From the NCBI GenBank assembly GCA_030264375.1, contig JASCQW010000027.1, positions 79,481,327-79,537,244 on the forward strand: a stretch of DNA of 55,918 nucleotides. The letters are read 5' to 3'. A program made the position numbers and the translations under genes. This stretch comes from Carcharhinus longimanus. Taxonomy: Eukaryota. Below the pieces are notes generated by a model. It made no database searches. It saw only the letters and a list, made by a program, of their open reading frames with translations, and was not told the origin of the DNA. Below, piece after piece: positions 12,630 through 26,448 of this stretch (its first letter is position 1; the number at the start of each line of letters is the position of its first letter).

Positions 12630-13225
12630 TGAATAAGACAGAGTGCCAAATATGAAAGTACACCGGTGTGCAGGAACCCCCAGCATGTTTGCCCTCTCCT
12701 GTTAGCAGCAACTCCATTGGTTGGATCATGTCAGCTGAATGGATGACAGCTGCAAAGACATGCTTAATGGCAATCTTGCTATCAGCACAAAACACCCACA
12801 TCTGCAATACAAAGATGCCTGCTAGCAAGACTTCAAGTTGACCGAGATAGGAGTTCATGCATGAGCAGTCCTCGCTGTTGCTGGAGTGCCTGAGACAAGC
12901 AGTCAGGAAGGACCCGGAAAACAAAGAGGACAAAGGAGATGAGCAGGTTCATTGTAAGGAAGAAACATCACTCAACCAAATCACTCAACACTATTGATCT
13001 GTGTGANNNNNNNNNNNNNNNNNNNNNNNNNNNNNNNNNNNNNNNNNNNNNNNNNNNNNNNNNNNNNNNNNNNNNNNNNNNNNNNNNNNNNNNNNNNNNN
13101 NNNNNNATCTGTGTGAGCGGAAGGCACTGTCACTCACAAATCAGCTTCTACAGCCACAGCAGATGATGTTCAGTACAGGACTGACATACACCATGGGCGC
13201 AATCCATCATTTCCTGAGATGGACC
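12630..13225 (+). mobile_element. RTE-clade LINE 3' end, contains an N gap
   Basis: DRVPN...AGTPSMFAL...LHWLDHVS*MDD...YKDAC*QDFK and terminal GRHCHSQISFYSHSR (RTE C-terminal Cys/His motif). Confidence 0.85.
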
Positions 13226-13919
13226 AATACCTATTAGGTGTTGCAGGGAATTCAGGGACTAGAGTCATTCCTAGACTAGTTGTGATTGCCAAGTTGGGTC
13301 AGAGGGAAATTCTCCAAATTCCTTCCACTCCAAAATTAGCCTTTTTTTTAACCTCTTCAAGATCACATGGTTTTGGGCAGACTGGCATTGCATATCTTGT
13401 GACAAATAAAGTATCACAACTGTGTGGGGGCAGGCTGGATCGACAAAAGGGTCCTTGTCGGTCAATCATTGTTCATTTGTTTGTTTTGTAACCACTTCTT
13501 TTCATATATCACCTTATTGGTTTGAGTTTCTATCAGAAAAACAAACTGAATTGCAGAAAGTGATCCTCAAAAATTCTACAATCCAAAATGAAACCTTCAA
13601 GCAGTGACTGTATCATAAGCCTTTATTTGGGATTGTTTTCAGTTCTATGTTGTTTTTTGAATTGTCTTCTTTTCTGGGAGTATGTCAGCTGTTTTCAGCT
13701 TTTCCAAGTTTTGCAGATTCATATGTATGAATAAATTTAACGGGCACCAGGGGAAATGTAATTGAATGTTTCTGGATTATAAATCCTCCAGCCTTGTTAA
13801 CATATGATTCCTGCCCACAGTGCACGAATGATTCTTTAAACTCTAAAATGTCAAGCCTCTCTGATGCATAAACAATTTTGATGAGAAGGCCCACAGCCAG
13901 GTTTTTCTGGATAATTAAT

Positions 13920-14225
13920 TGTAGAATCCCTGCAGCGCAGAAAGGGGCCATTTGGCTTATTGTGCCTGCACCAACCACAATCACCGAGGCGCTATCCCCA
14001 TAACCCTATGAGTCCCCCTGACACTTAGCACAGTCTAACTTGCCAATCAATCTAACTTGCACATCTTTGGACCATGGGAGGAAACTGGAGCACCTGGAGG
14101 AAAACCATGCAGACACATGGAGAACGTGCAAGCTCCACACAGACAGTGACCCAAGCCCGGAATTGAACCTGGGCTCTTGGTGCTGTGAGGCAACAGTGCT
14201 AACCACTGTGCCACCATGCCTCCCC
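13920..14225 (-). mobile_element. HE1 SINE, full length
   Basis: Complete reverse-complement head, central domain and CR1-type tail (tagaatccctgcagcgcagaaaggggccatttggc). Confidence 0.9.
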
Positions 14226-15979
14226 TAAAAAATATCAATAAAAAGCAGCACATCCCTGCAACATGAAATTGTTCTTTGAAGCACTCTGAACATCTACACT
14301 GTTGGAAACCTATACACGAAAGTGTGTTTTAAAAACCACAGATGATGGAGAGTCTTTGCCACCACATAGTCAACTTAATTCATGATTTCAATGATAGCTA
14401 GAAATCTCTTAGCTTGGTATTTGTAGGTTTTGACCTCATTTGAAACCCCTAATTACATTGTTGCCTTAAAATCACAATTTTATTCAGCAGGATGGCAGAT
14501 AGATTCAGTGCATAAAATGAAATTCACTTCAATAATTTGAAGGATTGTTTCAAAGTGTCAAGTTATCAGTTAATAGTGTTGTCTCAGAATGCACTTAAAA
14601 TTCAAAAGGTAATCAAGCAAGGAATAAACAGACCCCTGTACCCCCAGCAGTGTTATTCAGGCTTATTTAATTCCGTGAAGGAATGCAGTAATGCATTGAT
14701 GCATTAGAGAAGATTTATCCCCACATGTCATCCGTATGATGTTAGTTATGTGTAAACACTGTAGAGGAATGTTTAACCCGGAGATTCAAGCCAGAGATTT
14801 AGTTCATATTGTACTTAGAGTGAAGAACATGAACCATTCAGAGCAGGACTGGTTTAAATTCAGGGTTAAAGAGCACATGACCAGACGTAGCAAGCATACA
14901 TTCTGACTGTTTATCTGCACAATAAATCAAACCCCTAGTGACCATTAAAGTGCCTGGGAAATTGGTTTCTGGTGACTGAGTAAGTCAAATTCTATTTTTA
15001 GTAAATGTGACTCAGGGGTGTTCCAGGACATTGCATTGTACAGTTCTAAGTATATTTTGGGAAAATGGGAGATTAGAATATTTTACTGTGACATACAAAG
15101 GAGTTGCTATTTCTATGTTGCAATTTGTAACACCTCTGTTCAACCATAGTTCTGTGAAAATTTCACTTCTGTGTCATGCATTAACTAGATTCTCGGTTAT
15201 GGTATAAAGCAAGCCATTTAAGGGTGTCAGTAAGTTTCTGGATGGAAAAGTTGTCCTTCAGAGTTAATCAGAGGAAGTCAGGAAGGAGATGGGGTCTTTA
15301 TATATATTACCCCCTCCTCCCCCCACCGGCCCCTCCTCCCCCCGCCACCCGTCTCCTGCCCTTGTTGGCTTCTGTGGGGACAAATTCAATTCTGCCATGT
15401 TTTTCATGGGTCCTAAGAGCGAACCTTTGAAACACAGAAAAAGATAGTAGGGGTGGATTTTGCACTCTGCTTTGCTGCATAAATGCTGATGGGGCGCAAA
15501 AATCATGTGAGAGCCGGAAAATGAGATCTACATTGGCGAAATCTCACAATGGGGTACCTGAAATGCAATGTTAGGATGTCATTTAAATACATCTTAATAT
15601 TATTAATGGCTTTCCCACTGTATCGTCCCACCTCATTCAGATTTCCCCACATCGGTGAGATTTACAACAGGTCTGAATCAATGTAAATCTGGCAAGAGAA
15701 TCTGTCGGGCACACACAGGTAAATATAGCTCCAGAGGGGAGGAGGACATGCCCAGGGAATGTCTAGGCACTGTCGTTTGGCACTGCCCCATACAAGTGCC
15801 AGTGGACATCGCCCAAGGTGGGGAGGTTTTCAGGGATGAGAGGATGTTGGATTGTCCTTAAAATGGGAAACTTAAAATTGTGTTTAAAAGAACATTTCAA
15901 AATTATGAAAAGATTTGATAATGAACACGGGAAGAAACTGTTCATATTGGCAGGTGGATCAGTAACCAGAATGCACAGG

Positions 15980-16860
15980 ACTTAAGAAACAGGAGGAGTA
16001 GGCCATTCAGCCCTTTGAGCTTGCTTTGCCATTCAATAAGAACAAGGCTGATCTGATCATGGCCTCAACTCTATTTACCTGCTGGATCCTCATTATCCTC
16101 AACTCCTTAAAGGTTAAAACTCTACTTAACTCTCATTCAGTGACCCAATCGCCACTGCTGTCTAAGGTACAGAATTCCAACATTAAAAACCCTTTGACAG
16201 AGGAAATGCCTTTTCATTATGGTTTTAAATGGAAGACACCTTATTTTGAAATTGTACCTCAGATTCTAGATTCCCCCACAAGGGAATTATCCTCTCTGTC
16301 AAGCCTCTTCAGAGTTTTTAATGTTTCAGTAAGATCACCTCTCATGCTTCTAAATTCGAACACATATATAAGAACATAAGAAATAGGAGCAGGAGTAGGC
16401 CATCTGGCCCCTCAAGCCTGCTCCACCATTCAATAAGATCATGGCTCATGATGTTAGGCTCAACTTGTTCTATCTTTCCTCATAAGACAATCCTTCATTC
16501 TAGGAATCAACAGAGTTAACCATTCAAATGCAAGTATATCCCTTCTTAAATGAGAACAAATCTATACATGTCGCCTCACCAATGCTCTGTATAATTGTAG
16601 CAAGACTTTCCTACTTCTATACTCCAACCAGCTTACAATAAAGGACAATATTTCATTTGTTCTCCTAATTACTTGCAGTACCTACATGCTGGCTTTGTGA
16701 TTCATGCACAAGTATACTAGATCCCTCTTAACTGCAACATCCCAAAATCTCTGTCCATATTAATAATATTTTTCTTTTTTATTCTTCTTACCAGAGTGGA
16801 CAACTTCACATTTTCCCACAATATGCTTCATCTACCAAGTTTCCTCTCATTTACTTAATT
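15980..16860 (-). mobile_element. Old CR1 LINE 3' portion with a second CR1 tail nested at ~16368-16446
   Basis: aggagtaggccattcagcccttt tail; aagatcacctctcatgcttctaaattc (reverse complement ~ FRRMRGDL); second tail taagaacataagaaataggagcaggagtaggcc. Confidence 0.8.
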
Positions 16861-16888
16861 TCTTTATATCATTGGATAAAGCCCTGGT

Positions 16889-17340
16889 TGTGGAGAAGAC
16901 ACGGAGACTAGAATGTTCTGGTAGACATGGATTACTGCTCTCTCCGGAGCTTGTTTCTCCTCTTTAGGACCAGATATCCGGTATTGCTGATTCTTTATGT
17001 ACACACTTGAGCATATTAACTAATCAATACACACCTATTCACCTTACTACTTTAACCTACTGCGTATTTATCATCCATCAACAGAACCTATCAGACACTA
17101 ATAAATTCCCCCTTTTCTTTAAATTAGATTGATATGCAAACAGAAATTTTCTCAAAAATTATTGTCATAATGGCAGGAAAACCGAAGCAATCTGCACTAG
17201 TCTGTCCAGCGCGGTCCAGATGGTAGTAGTCCCACACTTTGTCACTTTTTGGTACAGCAGTGAGTTGCACACTAGTTTCAGGAGAGGTGGGACCGAAACA
17301 TGCTTGTGAGCCCAGCTGCAAAGTAATGTATTTGAAAGGA
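16889..17340 (-). mobile_element. Possible LTR-element/ERV 3' remnant (polypurine tract plus short LTR)
   Basis: Minus-strand aagaaaagggggaat at 17105-17119, adjacent to a ~215 bp segment ending in CA on the minus strand (TG at 16889 on plus). Confidence 0.3.
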
Positions 17341-19046
17341 TGCCCTGATCTCACAGTGCACTCAGAGACACCCTTGCTCCCTTCCCCCACCAACATTGGG
17401 ACACCCCCCTCCTCATTAGTGGCATGTTTCCCTCCCTATCCCTTCCCTGACACAGATCATCAGTATAGGGGCCCTCCCAATGACTCCCGTCCTGGCATGC
17501 ACCTTCCACTTCTTCAACATCTCCCCTGGTCATTCAAACCCCCTGACATGACCCTCCCCCACCACCACCCAGTTATGATCCCCACCCAGGCCCCAACCCC
17601 TTGGCACTTCCCCTGGTACAGTGGCAATGCCAAACTAGCACTGCCAAGGTGTCAGGTGGGCACTGCCCAGCCATGTCCCTGACTCCCTGATGGGCTTTAG
17701 TGATGCTGAGCCCTGCCAGCATAGCCATCATGTCTGGTCTCTGCTACTGGCAGAGTAGTGATTCTTGCTGGGCTCACACTATACCTAAGAGTTGAAAGAT
17801 CCCTGAGGCAGGGAAAATCCACCCTCAAACAGGCTAAGCATATTTAAATGATACTTTAACTATGCTAATTGGACTTGCATCTCAATCTCTTTTCCCTAAC
17901 ACTCATCATTGAAGGGAATTTGTCCAGAGTGAGCAGTTATCTACATAGCATTCTTTTCCCACTGCCCCTCATAGAACAGTTCCTTTAAACACCATAAATA
18001 TATCAGTTCTACCAGTGGAAGTGTCTCCACAGCTCAGGTGCTTTTAACTACTCTTTTTATTTTCTTTGATTCCCAGGCTAATGGATAACATTTACCTCTT
18101 TATCCCCCACACTAAAAATAATGAACTCTAGTGTATTGAATAACCATGAGGAAGGTTAGCACGTGAGGCGTCAACAAACAACTAATTTCATCCCTTATGG
18201 GCCACCCAAGGCCTGGAAATCTGAGCATAGATTTTTCTAAACTTAAATTTATCAATGTTTTATTTGCTTTTAGTGCTTTTCAGCATGGCGCTCAATTTCA
18301 ATACATCATAGCACATATCTGAACTAGTTTATGTACATAACTAATTTAATTGCCCAATTAAGCTTCCCTAGTGATCCACTTCTTCCTTAATTGCAGAATC
18401 TTCCTTTTGTGAGGATCTAGCCTGATTTAATAGGGATCCAGTTGACATTCTCTAAGTATGTATTTATGGTTGTGAGTTATGATTATTCTAAACTTAGTCT
18501 GCCTAATGTTTAACCTTATATACAGAGAAGTTCCATAAACCAGAATTCAAATTTTGAATTTCTTTATAATAATATCTGTGACAAATTTCTCAAATGTCAC
18601 AGATCCTCCCCCATCAGAAATCACCCACATGCATTAAGAAATGTATGCTATGTTTTTCTTCATAGTTTCAACAAAACATTGCCGGATCCACCTTTTGCTG
18701 AAAACAACTAGCTTTTATTCGATGATACTTAAATACCATATGCCCATAAACACACTTATTTATCCTCCATACTCCTCTATATCTCTGAGGCTTTAAGAAT
18801 ACTTCTCTTTGAAATTGTTCCCTTGCAAAAATACAGCCCAACATCAATGGATTTAGATTCCAGTGAGTATATCACTGACAGTGCTAGGAAAATCCTCAAA
18901 AACCTACTTCTGATATTGAGGAGTTGACTCTAACTTTGATCCTCAAATCCCCTTGCTACAAGTCTAGACTTAGCTTTATATGTATCATTGGGGAGTACTT
19001 TCTCCATACATATCTACCTATTGGACACCACTGGTGGTCTTTTATC

Positions 19047-19145
19047 GAATCATAGAACCCTACAGTGCAGAAAGAGGCCCTTCAGCCCATCAAGTCTGCA
19101 CCGAGCACAATCCCACCCAGGCCCTACCCTCATATCCCTACATAT
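19047..19145 (-). mobile_element. HE1/CR1 3' tail fragment
   Basis: gaatcatagaaccctacagtgcagaaagaggcccttcagcccatcaagtctgcacc. Confidence 0.8.
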
Positions 19146-19332
19146 TCTGGTAACTGGTACCTCTGTATAAAAATCAAATTCTTTCTGTTTTGACTCTACT
19201 AATTTACCATTTAACTGCTGCTGTCCATAAGANNNNNNNNNNNNNNNNNNNNNNNNNNNNNNNNNNNNNNNNNNNNNNNNNNNNNNNNNNNNNNNNNNNN
19301 NNNNNNNNNNNNNNNNNNNNNNNNNNNNNNNN

Positions 19333-19414
19333 ATAAATCGGTTGGACTTAAACCTGGTGTTGTCAGACTTTTTACTGTGTTTACCCCAGTCCAACACTGG
19401 CATATCCACGTCAT
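19333..19414 (+). mobile_element. Penelope-like terminal fragment
   Basis: gttggacttaaacctggtgttgtcagactttttactgtgtttaccccagtccaacactggcat, shared with 42612-42741 and 44848-44940. Confidence 0.6.
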
Positions 19415-19824
19415 CACCAGTAGCTCCATTGTCTCAAACTTACACAACATTTCCTGGCTTTCCACATTTTTATTTCCTTCTGCCATTGACCAATTATTCT
19501 TCCACTTGTCTTGCACATTCAGCTAGATTTTTTCCCCCTGTGGTCTTTCCTACTACGGTGGTTTCCCTCCACTCACTCCTGGCATAGATGCTGCCCCAGT
19601 ATCCACGCCTGCAATTAATACCTCTTTAATATTCTGTCCAGAGATAATAGGCCTTGAAGGAATATGATAAAATCCTAATTGTATCAATTGCAAATCTACA
19701 GATTTCCCAAAGTCAATCTCTTTATCAATGCTTTATATTGAACTTCATTTGGATCTTTTTTAATCAAAGACAAGCTTAACAGTAAAAGGTTTTCACTCGA
19801 GAGAACATCAGCATTGATAAAGTG

Positions 19825-20100
19825 ATCCAGACTCGATGGACCAAATGGCCTCCTTCTGCACTGTAGGATTCTGTGATTCATTGTCAATTGTCAGAGAGAC
19901 CCATTCGGCTTAATGAAGTCCTTTAGGGAAGGGAAGTCTGCCGTCCTTACCTGTTCTGGCCTACATGTGACTCCAGAGCCAGAGCAATGTGGTTGACTCT
20001 CAACAGCTCTTTGAAATGGCCTAGCAAGCCACTAGGAAATTAGGAATGGGTAATAACTGCTGGACAGCCAGTGAGCCCATGTCCCACAAATTAATAAAAG
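19825..20100 (+). mobile_element. HE1 tail fragment followed by the 3' half of the second SINE family
   Basis: gactcgatggaccaaatggcctccttctgcactgtagg, then ctttagggaagggaagtctgccgtccttacctg...gcccatgtcccac. Confidence 0.75.
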
Positions 20101-22824
20101 AGATCTACAGTTTATTACAAAGAGTGAACAAAACAAATTCCCCCTTAACTGACTGTCTCAGCTGAAATTAGTAAAATGTAGCTATGAATTACTTTGATAT
20201 GCTCCGATTATATGTTCATGACATTACAAGGAATGAAAAGTGCACGGGTTCTCCCCTATAACAAGTTGCACTTATTGTTACGTAGTCATATTGCTCCCCA
20301 GGATGTGGGGAAGGTTAAAGGTCAGTAAAATGAGTATGACTTTCCATAATATTTTCAAGATGCTGAAGCAATTTGATAGGCAGGCAAAGCTTTGAGATTT
20401 GAGGAGGACTAGTTTCTCAAATTCATACTGCTTTGTCATTATTTTTGATTGGATCCTATTTTTACGCTAAAAGTGATTGAAGTATATGACATAGTCTCCA
20501 CAGTATCAAGTTTATTCTTAATCAATTTAATTCAGATCATTGACAATTAGAATTGACAATTAGGCATGAAAATGGACTGAAAACTGAAGGTTGCTCACAA
20601 ACACTAGAACAACTGGGAAGAGGTGTGTGATTTTCATATATAGATTAGATTGAATATTCAGTAGGTTGGGTGCTCCTCTTTCCTGCATGAAGGTGTCATT
20701 GATAATGGCAACATAAAATAGTGCTTTTCAAGTAAATGCTCTCCAATTTTTGCACTGACCTACCTCTACAGTTGATATGGATGGCAATCTCTCTGTAAAA
20801 ATGCCATCTCTTGTGATTTCAGATGGATCACCATCAAAGCATAACAACAATCAGATGATCCGTCCCAAAATACTTCTGTCATGGAACAGGGTTCATGTAA
20901 TTTTCCCATAATCCCACCATGCCAGATTCTCTTCAGTGCTGGCACGAAAACACGCCAGCGTGAAACACATTAGTATAATGTGGCATGCAGATATTGGACT
21001 CCCCTGAACAATGCCGAGGGCTTCCCCCCAGTGTTTGGAATGCAGGCAATCCACAATCCTGGACCCTGAAACACCTGAGCAATGTATCGGGGAAACATGT
21101 GTAGGGGGACCTTCCAGATTTGGTATCTATCTTCCAGCCTTAGAATGTTCCAGGCGATTCACCTTTTTTCAGTGGTGAGTAAATGATGTTGTGCACCTTT
21201 TCAATATGGCACTCAGACATAATGGCAGACTACAAGCCATTCAATCTTGTCTCACCACTAAACACTGTGTAAAACACCCAGTGCATAATTAATGAGGTCA
21301 GGGTTGGAAGATTAGGCATGCTTTCCTTCCAGCTACTGAGGTGGGAAACACTCCATATTTCTGCACCCACCACAGGAAATCTCAAAATGGGAGAATTCTG
21401 CCCAAAGTGTTCTTAGGGCACTGAAATAATTCTTAATGACATTTATCTGTTTTACTTATTTCCACAGAGTATTAATGTATAATTGTTGTTATTAAAATAA
21501 CAGACAGCAAGATGTTAAACATGCTAACATCATCATCTGTAATGTATAAGCTTATAAATCAGAGGAAATGACTGTAGCCTTGTAGAGATCACCTGTGAAG
21601 CCACTTTCAAATGCAGCATGCAGTTTACTGGATAAAATACAGATGTGCTGGAAAGAACTCAGAGAAAGAAACATAGATGGTTATGGAATTCAGGATTTGT
21701 ATGTTATGAGGAAAAGTTCAGAGAATTGACCTTGTTTGTCTGCAGAAAGTAAGAAGAGAAACATTATCCAGAACCTTTAAGTACTGGAGACGTGGATGTA
21801 AGCAGGCCACATGACTTAGATAATAAACACAAGAAGCAGCCCTCTATCAAAGCCAGCAGACACTTTTTCAGCCGCAGGCTAATGAATTGTTTTCAGCTGA
21901 TGAATTAGGTGGCCAAGATTCCTGCTCCTAATCATTATTCAGGGACCGATGCTGGAAAATAGCCGTGTTTGGTAATGAGCAGTTTGGATTGGACTGCCCT
22001 TCACAGAAATAGCCTCCCAATACTCTCTATCAAATCTCACACATGAATAATGATCACCCAAATTAATGTTAGGTCTCTGCCCCTATCCCTGAGGTGTTGA
22101 TCCTAGGGCTCTTCGTAGCCCTGCTTAGGTAGGGACTGGGGATTAAATCCAAGCTTTTCACAGTCTGCATGGTTTACTGGATAAACCTGCTAAGCCATCA
22201 GGAAGTTCCGCTTTTAATCTTCTACAAACAAAAGGAGACAAACTCGTATACATCAATAGTGTAGTAGGAAAATCCTTGCATTCAGAACATTAAATTAACA
22301 CAGAACCTGATTTGATTTGTTCAAGTGAAGTTGAAATATTGAGCTTTCACTTCACCTCATAATTTAGTATAACCATAATCAAAAGTATCAGTGTTTCAAA
22401 GCTTACAGGGCTATGCATCAAGAGAAAACATTGTCAGCGAGAAATTAAGGAATCAATCAAGAAGATAACATAGTGGCCTACCTTATCTACTTAGGAAACT
22501 TACTTAAATGTTCATACATTACTATCCTACTTCATTCCAATTATCGGTAGAAATGGCATTGAGCTACATTCTTCAATCTTGTAATAGATTAGATTCTGAG
22601 GAGATGATTATCATGTTGACAAATTGTCCATGTTATTACTGCATGAAACAGTACACAAAATAGTTTTTGCAGCTCACCTTCTGATACAGTAAGTTGCCCC
22701 TCACTGAGGGCTATGATTTATTCGGCCTTAGGAATTGTTTTCCTAATGTTTTAATGGAAAGAGTTTCTTTTTAAAAGATTGCATTGTCTAAAGAAGACAA
22801 GTGACTTGGTTGTTGGAAAGATTT

Positions 22825-23830
22825 GGCTGGTCTTTCTATAACGTGTTTTCTTGGCTCCGTGATGAGTGGCAGGTAAAGATAACGAGTGGGATTTCCCCTA
22901 AAAACTTCAAAATGTTGAATTTGAGTAAAAACTGGAGTAAATCCAGCTAGTTTTTTCAGTGAGATTTTCAAAATGAATCTCCTGCTAGTACACCAGCATA
23001 AATCTCATTAGAAAGCTCTGGGAGGAGCCTATTACCACTGGAGAGGCCAACAAAATAGAGCTGAGTGAGCCACTGCACATGTGCTGATCTGTCATGTGCT
23101 GAGATTGTCACATGTGCAGTAGCCCTACATTGCCAGCTTCCTGATTTCTGGCTAACTGCCTCCAAACCCCAATTGTTGTCCCCCCCCCCCCCGGACATGT
23201 CTCCCCTCACCCTGACCCCACAGTCCCGACACCCCAGCCAGACTGAAGGCCCCTCTTCCCCCCCCACCAAACCCGATAGCCAGCCCCGATCGCTGGCCTC
23301 TCTCCCTCTGTCACCCAGCCTAAGTGTAAAGTGGCAGTGGGATCCCCAGTCACCACAGATCTTAACCCCCCCAGAGGCCCCACCCTCCCAGCCCTGCATC
23401 ATTGGCACTACACGATGCCCAATGGACAGCGCCAAGGAGCTCCTTGGGCATTATCATTTTGCCCCTTGGACAGTGCCGGGGGCCAGGCTGGCACTGCCAA
23501 GCTGGCAATGCCTGGGGGCAATACCTCAATGGCACCCCCCTTCACTCTAGGGGGTGTCAGGCTGCGAGCTCCCCGCAAGTGGGAAGCTATTCTAAACCCC
23601 GTTGGAGTGAAACATTCCTGATGGGAAGGAGAAGCTAGTGGGCCCAGAGACTTCAGTCCCAGGCCAGCTAAAAGAATGCTAATGCTCATCTCCATAAGTT
23701 ATATAGCTCCGTGTTGATTTCTGGAAATTCGGTGACTGAAGACCCGTGGAGGCCGTGGCACTCAGTGGGGAGTCCACTAAACAGCCTCCGCTTTAGTCTC
23801 CCGGCCTGCTGCACTGGAAGAATTGCCCCC
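22825..23830. mobile_element. GC-rich non-autonomous DNA element (Harbinger-type, inferred)
   Basis: GC-rich, C-run-containing interior unlike the flanks; right end gaagaattgccccc; internal ggcactgcca motifs shared with 17340-17960. Confidence 0.5.
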
Positions 23831-25076
23831 ATCATTTGGTGTAGTACTAAGTCATATGGACCACATGGTGCAAAGTTCACTCTTCAGTTTCTGCTCAGCA
23901 AGCAGTTCCCATCAATTGAAAATTATAATTGGCTTCAGCATCCATGATGAGGTTGTAATCTAAATTAGGCTCTGTATTAATGCCACCCCACCCCTCACCC
24001 CTAAAGATAAACAGTCTGATGACATTTATTGTCTGGATTGACCTGGTGATGGTATTGGAAATCTGAAGATGCTGGAAGAAAAATATTCCAGCCCAGCATG
24101 AGGCTCAAAGGGCCAAATGGCCTGCTCCTGCTCCTAATTCATACGCTGATATGTTTGTATGAAAGAAAAGGAAAACATTGAGGAAAAGGAAATGAAAATA
24201 CATGACCAGTTAGCAGAATATTTTGGCTCAATATTAATTAAAATTCAGAAACGTGGGTGGATTTGTCTGCAGGGGCAAAGGGATTTAATGTGAATAGCAT
24301 TTCCCCTATTAATTATTGTTTATTTCATTTCAGTTCAATTTTTATTATTAATTTGTGTTTTCCTCTCTATTTCTTCTCACTCTTTCTCAAATTTCTTTGT
24401 TATTTCTGTCTCATCCTGGTATGTTTTGTCAGCTCCGAGGATATCTTGGAAGTCTGGTTACTTGATCTGGAGACTGTTTAGAAATTGGGATAATTCAGCA
24501 CCAAGGCTTCAAACCATTTGGCTTCAATTCTGCACATGTGGAAGTGTTTGAAATGGAAACAGATGGCCAGGTTTAATGTGAGGTAACCCTAAAAACGAAT
24601 GGGTCGAATGGATGCATTTTTCTATCCGCGCAGACAATTATTTTCCTACCCACAGGGCAAATAGTATATATTGTAGGAATTAAATTAAACCTAGATCTTT
24701 GCTCAAAACTCCTTTTTATGACTTGTCAAAGCTAATTAGATGTCTTTGATAATACGGCCAAAATATTTCCGGAGTTTCCTACCGGCATTTAGGCTATGGA
24801 AAATTAAACGATTTGCTGACAGTTACAGACATAAAAACATAATGGTGAAAATGTGAGTTTTTACCTAAGTGCAGTATGTCACGTTGTTAGACTTGGACAT
24901 TTAAAAAAATTACCTGTAATATGAAACATATGGAAGAGAGCTAGATAAAAAAAAGGATAGTCCATTGAGCCTGTTTCATTTAGCTATATTTAAATTAATT
25001 AAAACAAAAAATGGAAAACACTAGAAAAACTCAACAGGTCTGAAAACATTTGTGGAGAGAGAAACAGAGTCAACGA

Positions 25077-26021
25077 GGGCAATTTTACCATTTTCATTCT
25101 AAGTGCTGAATCTGGGCACAATTCAGATCTGACTTGGAAACCTGTTCTCNNNNNNNNNNNNNNNNNNNNNNNNNNNNNNNNNNNNNNNNNNNNNNNNNNN
25201 NNNNNNNNNNNNNNNNNNNNNNNNNNNNNNNNNNNNNNNNNNNNNNNNNNNNNNNNNNNNNNNNNNNNNNNNNNNNNNNNNNNNNNNNNNNNNNNNNNNN
25301 NNNNNNNNNNNNNNNNNNNNNNNNNNNNNNNNNNNNNNNNNNNNNNNNNNNNNNNNNNNNNNNNNNNNNNNNNNNNNNNNNNNNNNNNNNNNNNNNNNNN
25401 NNNNNNNNNNNNNNNNNNNNNNNNNNNNNNNNNNNNNNNNNNNNNNNNNNNNNNNNNNNNNNNNNNNNNNNNNNNNNNNNNNNNNNNNNNNNNNNNNNNN
25501 NNNNNNNNNNNNNNNNNNNNNNNNNNNNNNNNNNNNNNNNNNNNNNNNNNNNNNNNNNNNNNNNNNNNNNNNNNNNNNNNNNNNNNNNNNNNNNNNNNNN
25601 NNNNNNNNNNNNNNNNNNNNNNNNNNNNNNNNNACCCGCCTTCCTCCCCCCCACCGCTGATCTGCGTCAGAGAGCCGTTGGAATCTCTGAACTTACCTTT
25701 TCAGAAGCTGGAGCACCGAAACAGACCTTTGCCAAGCATGTTTGTTTCATGCCGAACCTGGATGGGCAAACAAGATGGTAAAGGGGGAAGTGCAGATAAG
25801 ATTGGGTGTCCAGCTCATTAAGTCAATTTAAATGCATGCAAATGCATTTAAATTGATGTCGCGCTTGTTTCAGACGCGGTTCCGATCATGGCCATTCTTG
25901 GGCCTTGGTAAAAGTGGGATCTGCATGGACACGGGCGCAGATCACTCTAATTGCCTCACACCCGACTTTACCAAGTTTTCACGCTCAAAAACGGGCACGA
26001 CACAATGGTAAAATCGGACCC
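25077..26021 (+). mobile_element. ~1 kb Harbinger-type MITE, copy 1 (gap inside)
   Basis: TIRs gggcaattttaccatt / aatggtaaaatcggaccc; homologous to 34635-35695 and 35935-37117. Confidence 0.85.
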
Positions 26022-26071
26022 AGCGTTTCCGAGTCTGTATGATTCTACTTGAGAATTAAAAGAGGAGGCAA

Positions 26072-26448
26072 TGATTTATTGATTTATTGTCACATGTACT
26101 GAGATACAGACAAAGCATACCTCGGGAAAAGGAAAAGGATAGTGTACAGAATACAGTGTTGCAGGTACAGGTAGGGTGAAGCTTAATATATGATAGGACA
26201 GTTCAAAGTCTGATGACACCTGGGAAGAAGTCATTTGCTACGTGACCTCAGACTTTTGCATCATTTTTCTGATGGAAGAAGGTGGAAGAGAGAATGTCTG
26301 GGGTGTATAGGGTCGTTGATTAGGCTCTTCTGAGGCAGCAGGAAGTGTAGACAGAGTCAATGGATGGGAGGTTGTTTTGCATGATGGATTGGGCTACCTT
26401 CACAACCTTTTGTAGTTTATTTCACTCTTGGTCAGAATAAGAGCCATG
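26072..26448 (-). mobile_element. Rex1/Babar LINE 3' fragment
   Basis: Reverse complement encodes KLQKVVKVAQSIMQNNLPSIDSVYTSCCLR...HPRHSLFHLLPS, typical of the Rex1 ORF C-terminus; (attt)n-type tail. Confidence 0.8.

Noticed and set aside
21440-21480. Splice acceptor ttacttatttccacag of a host exon
   Set aside because: No convincing open exon and donor follows; such motifs are common by chance in AT-rich DNA.
22968-23695. Overlapping Pro/Gly-rich ORFs (similarly 17239-17682 and 2924-3323)
   Set aside because: They result from GC-rich, stop-poor repeat interiors and are open on both strands with no domain motifs.
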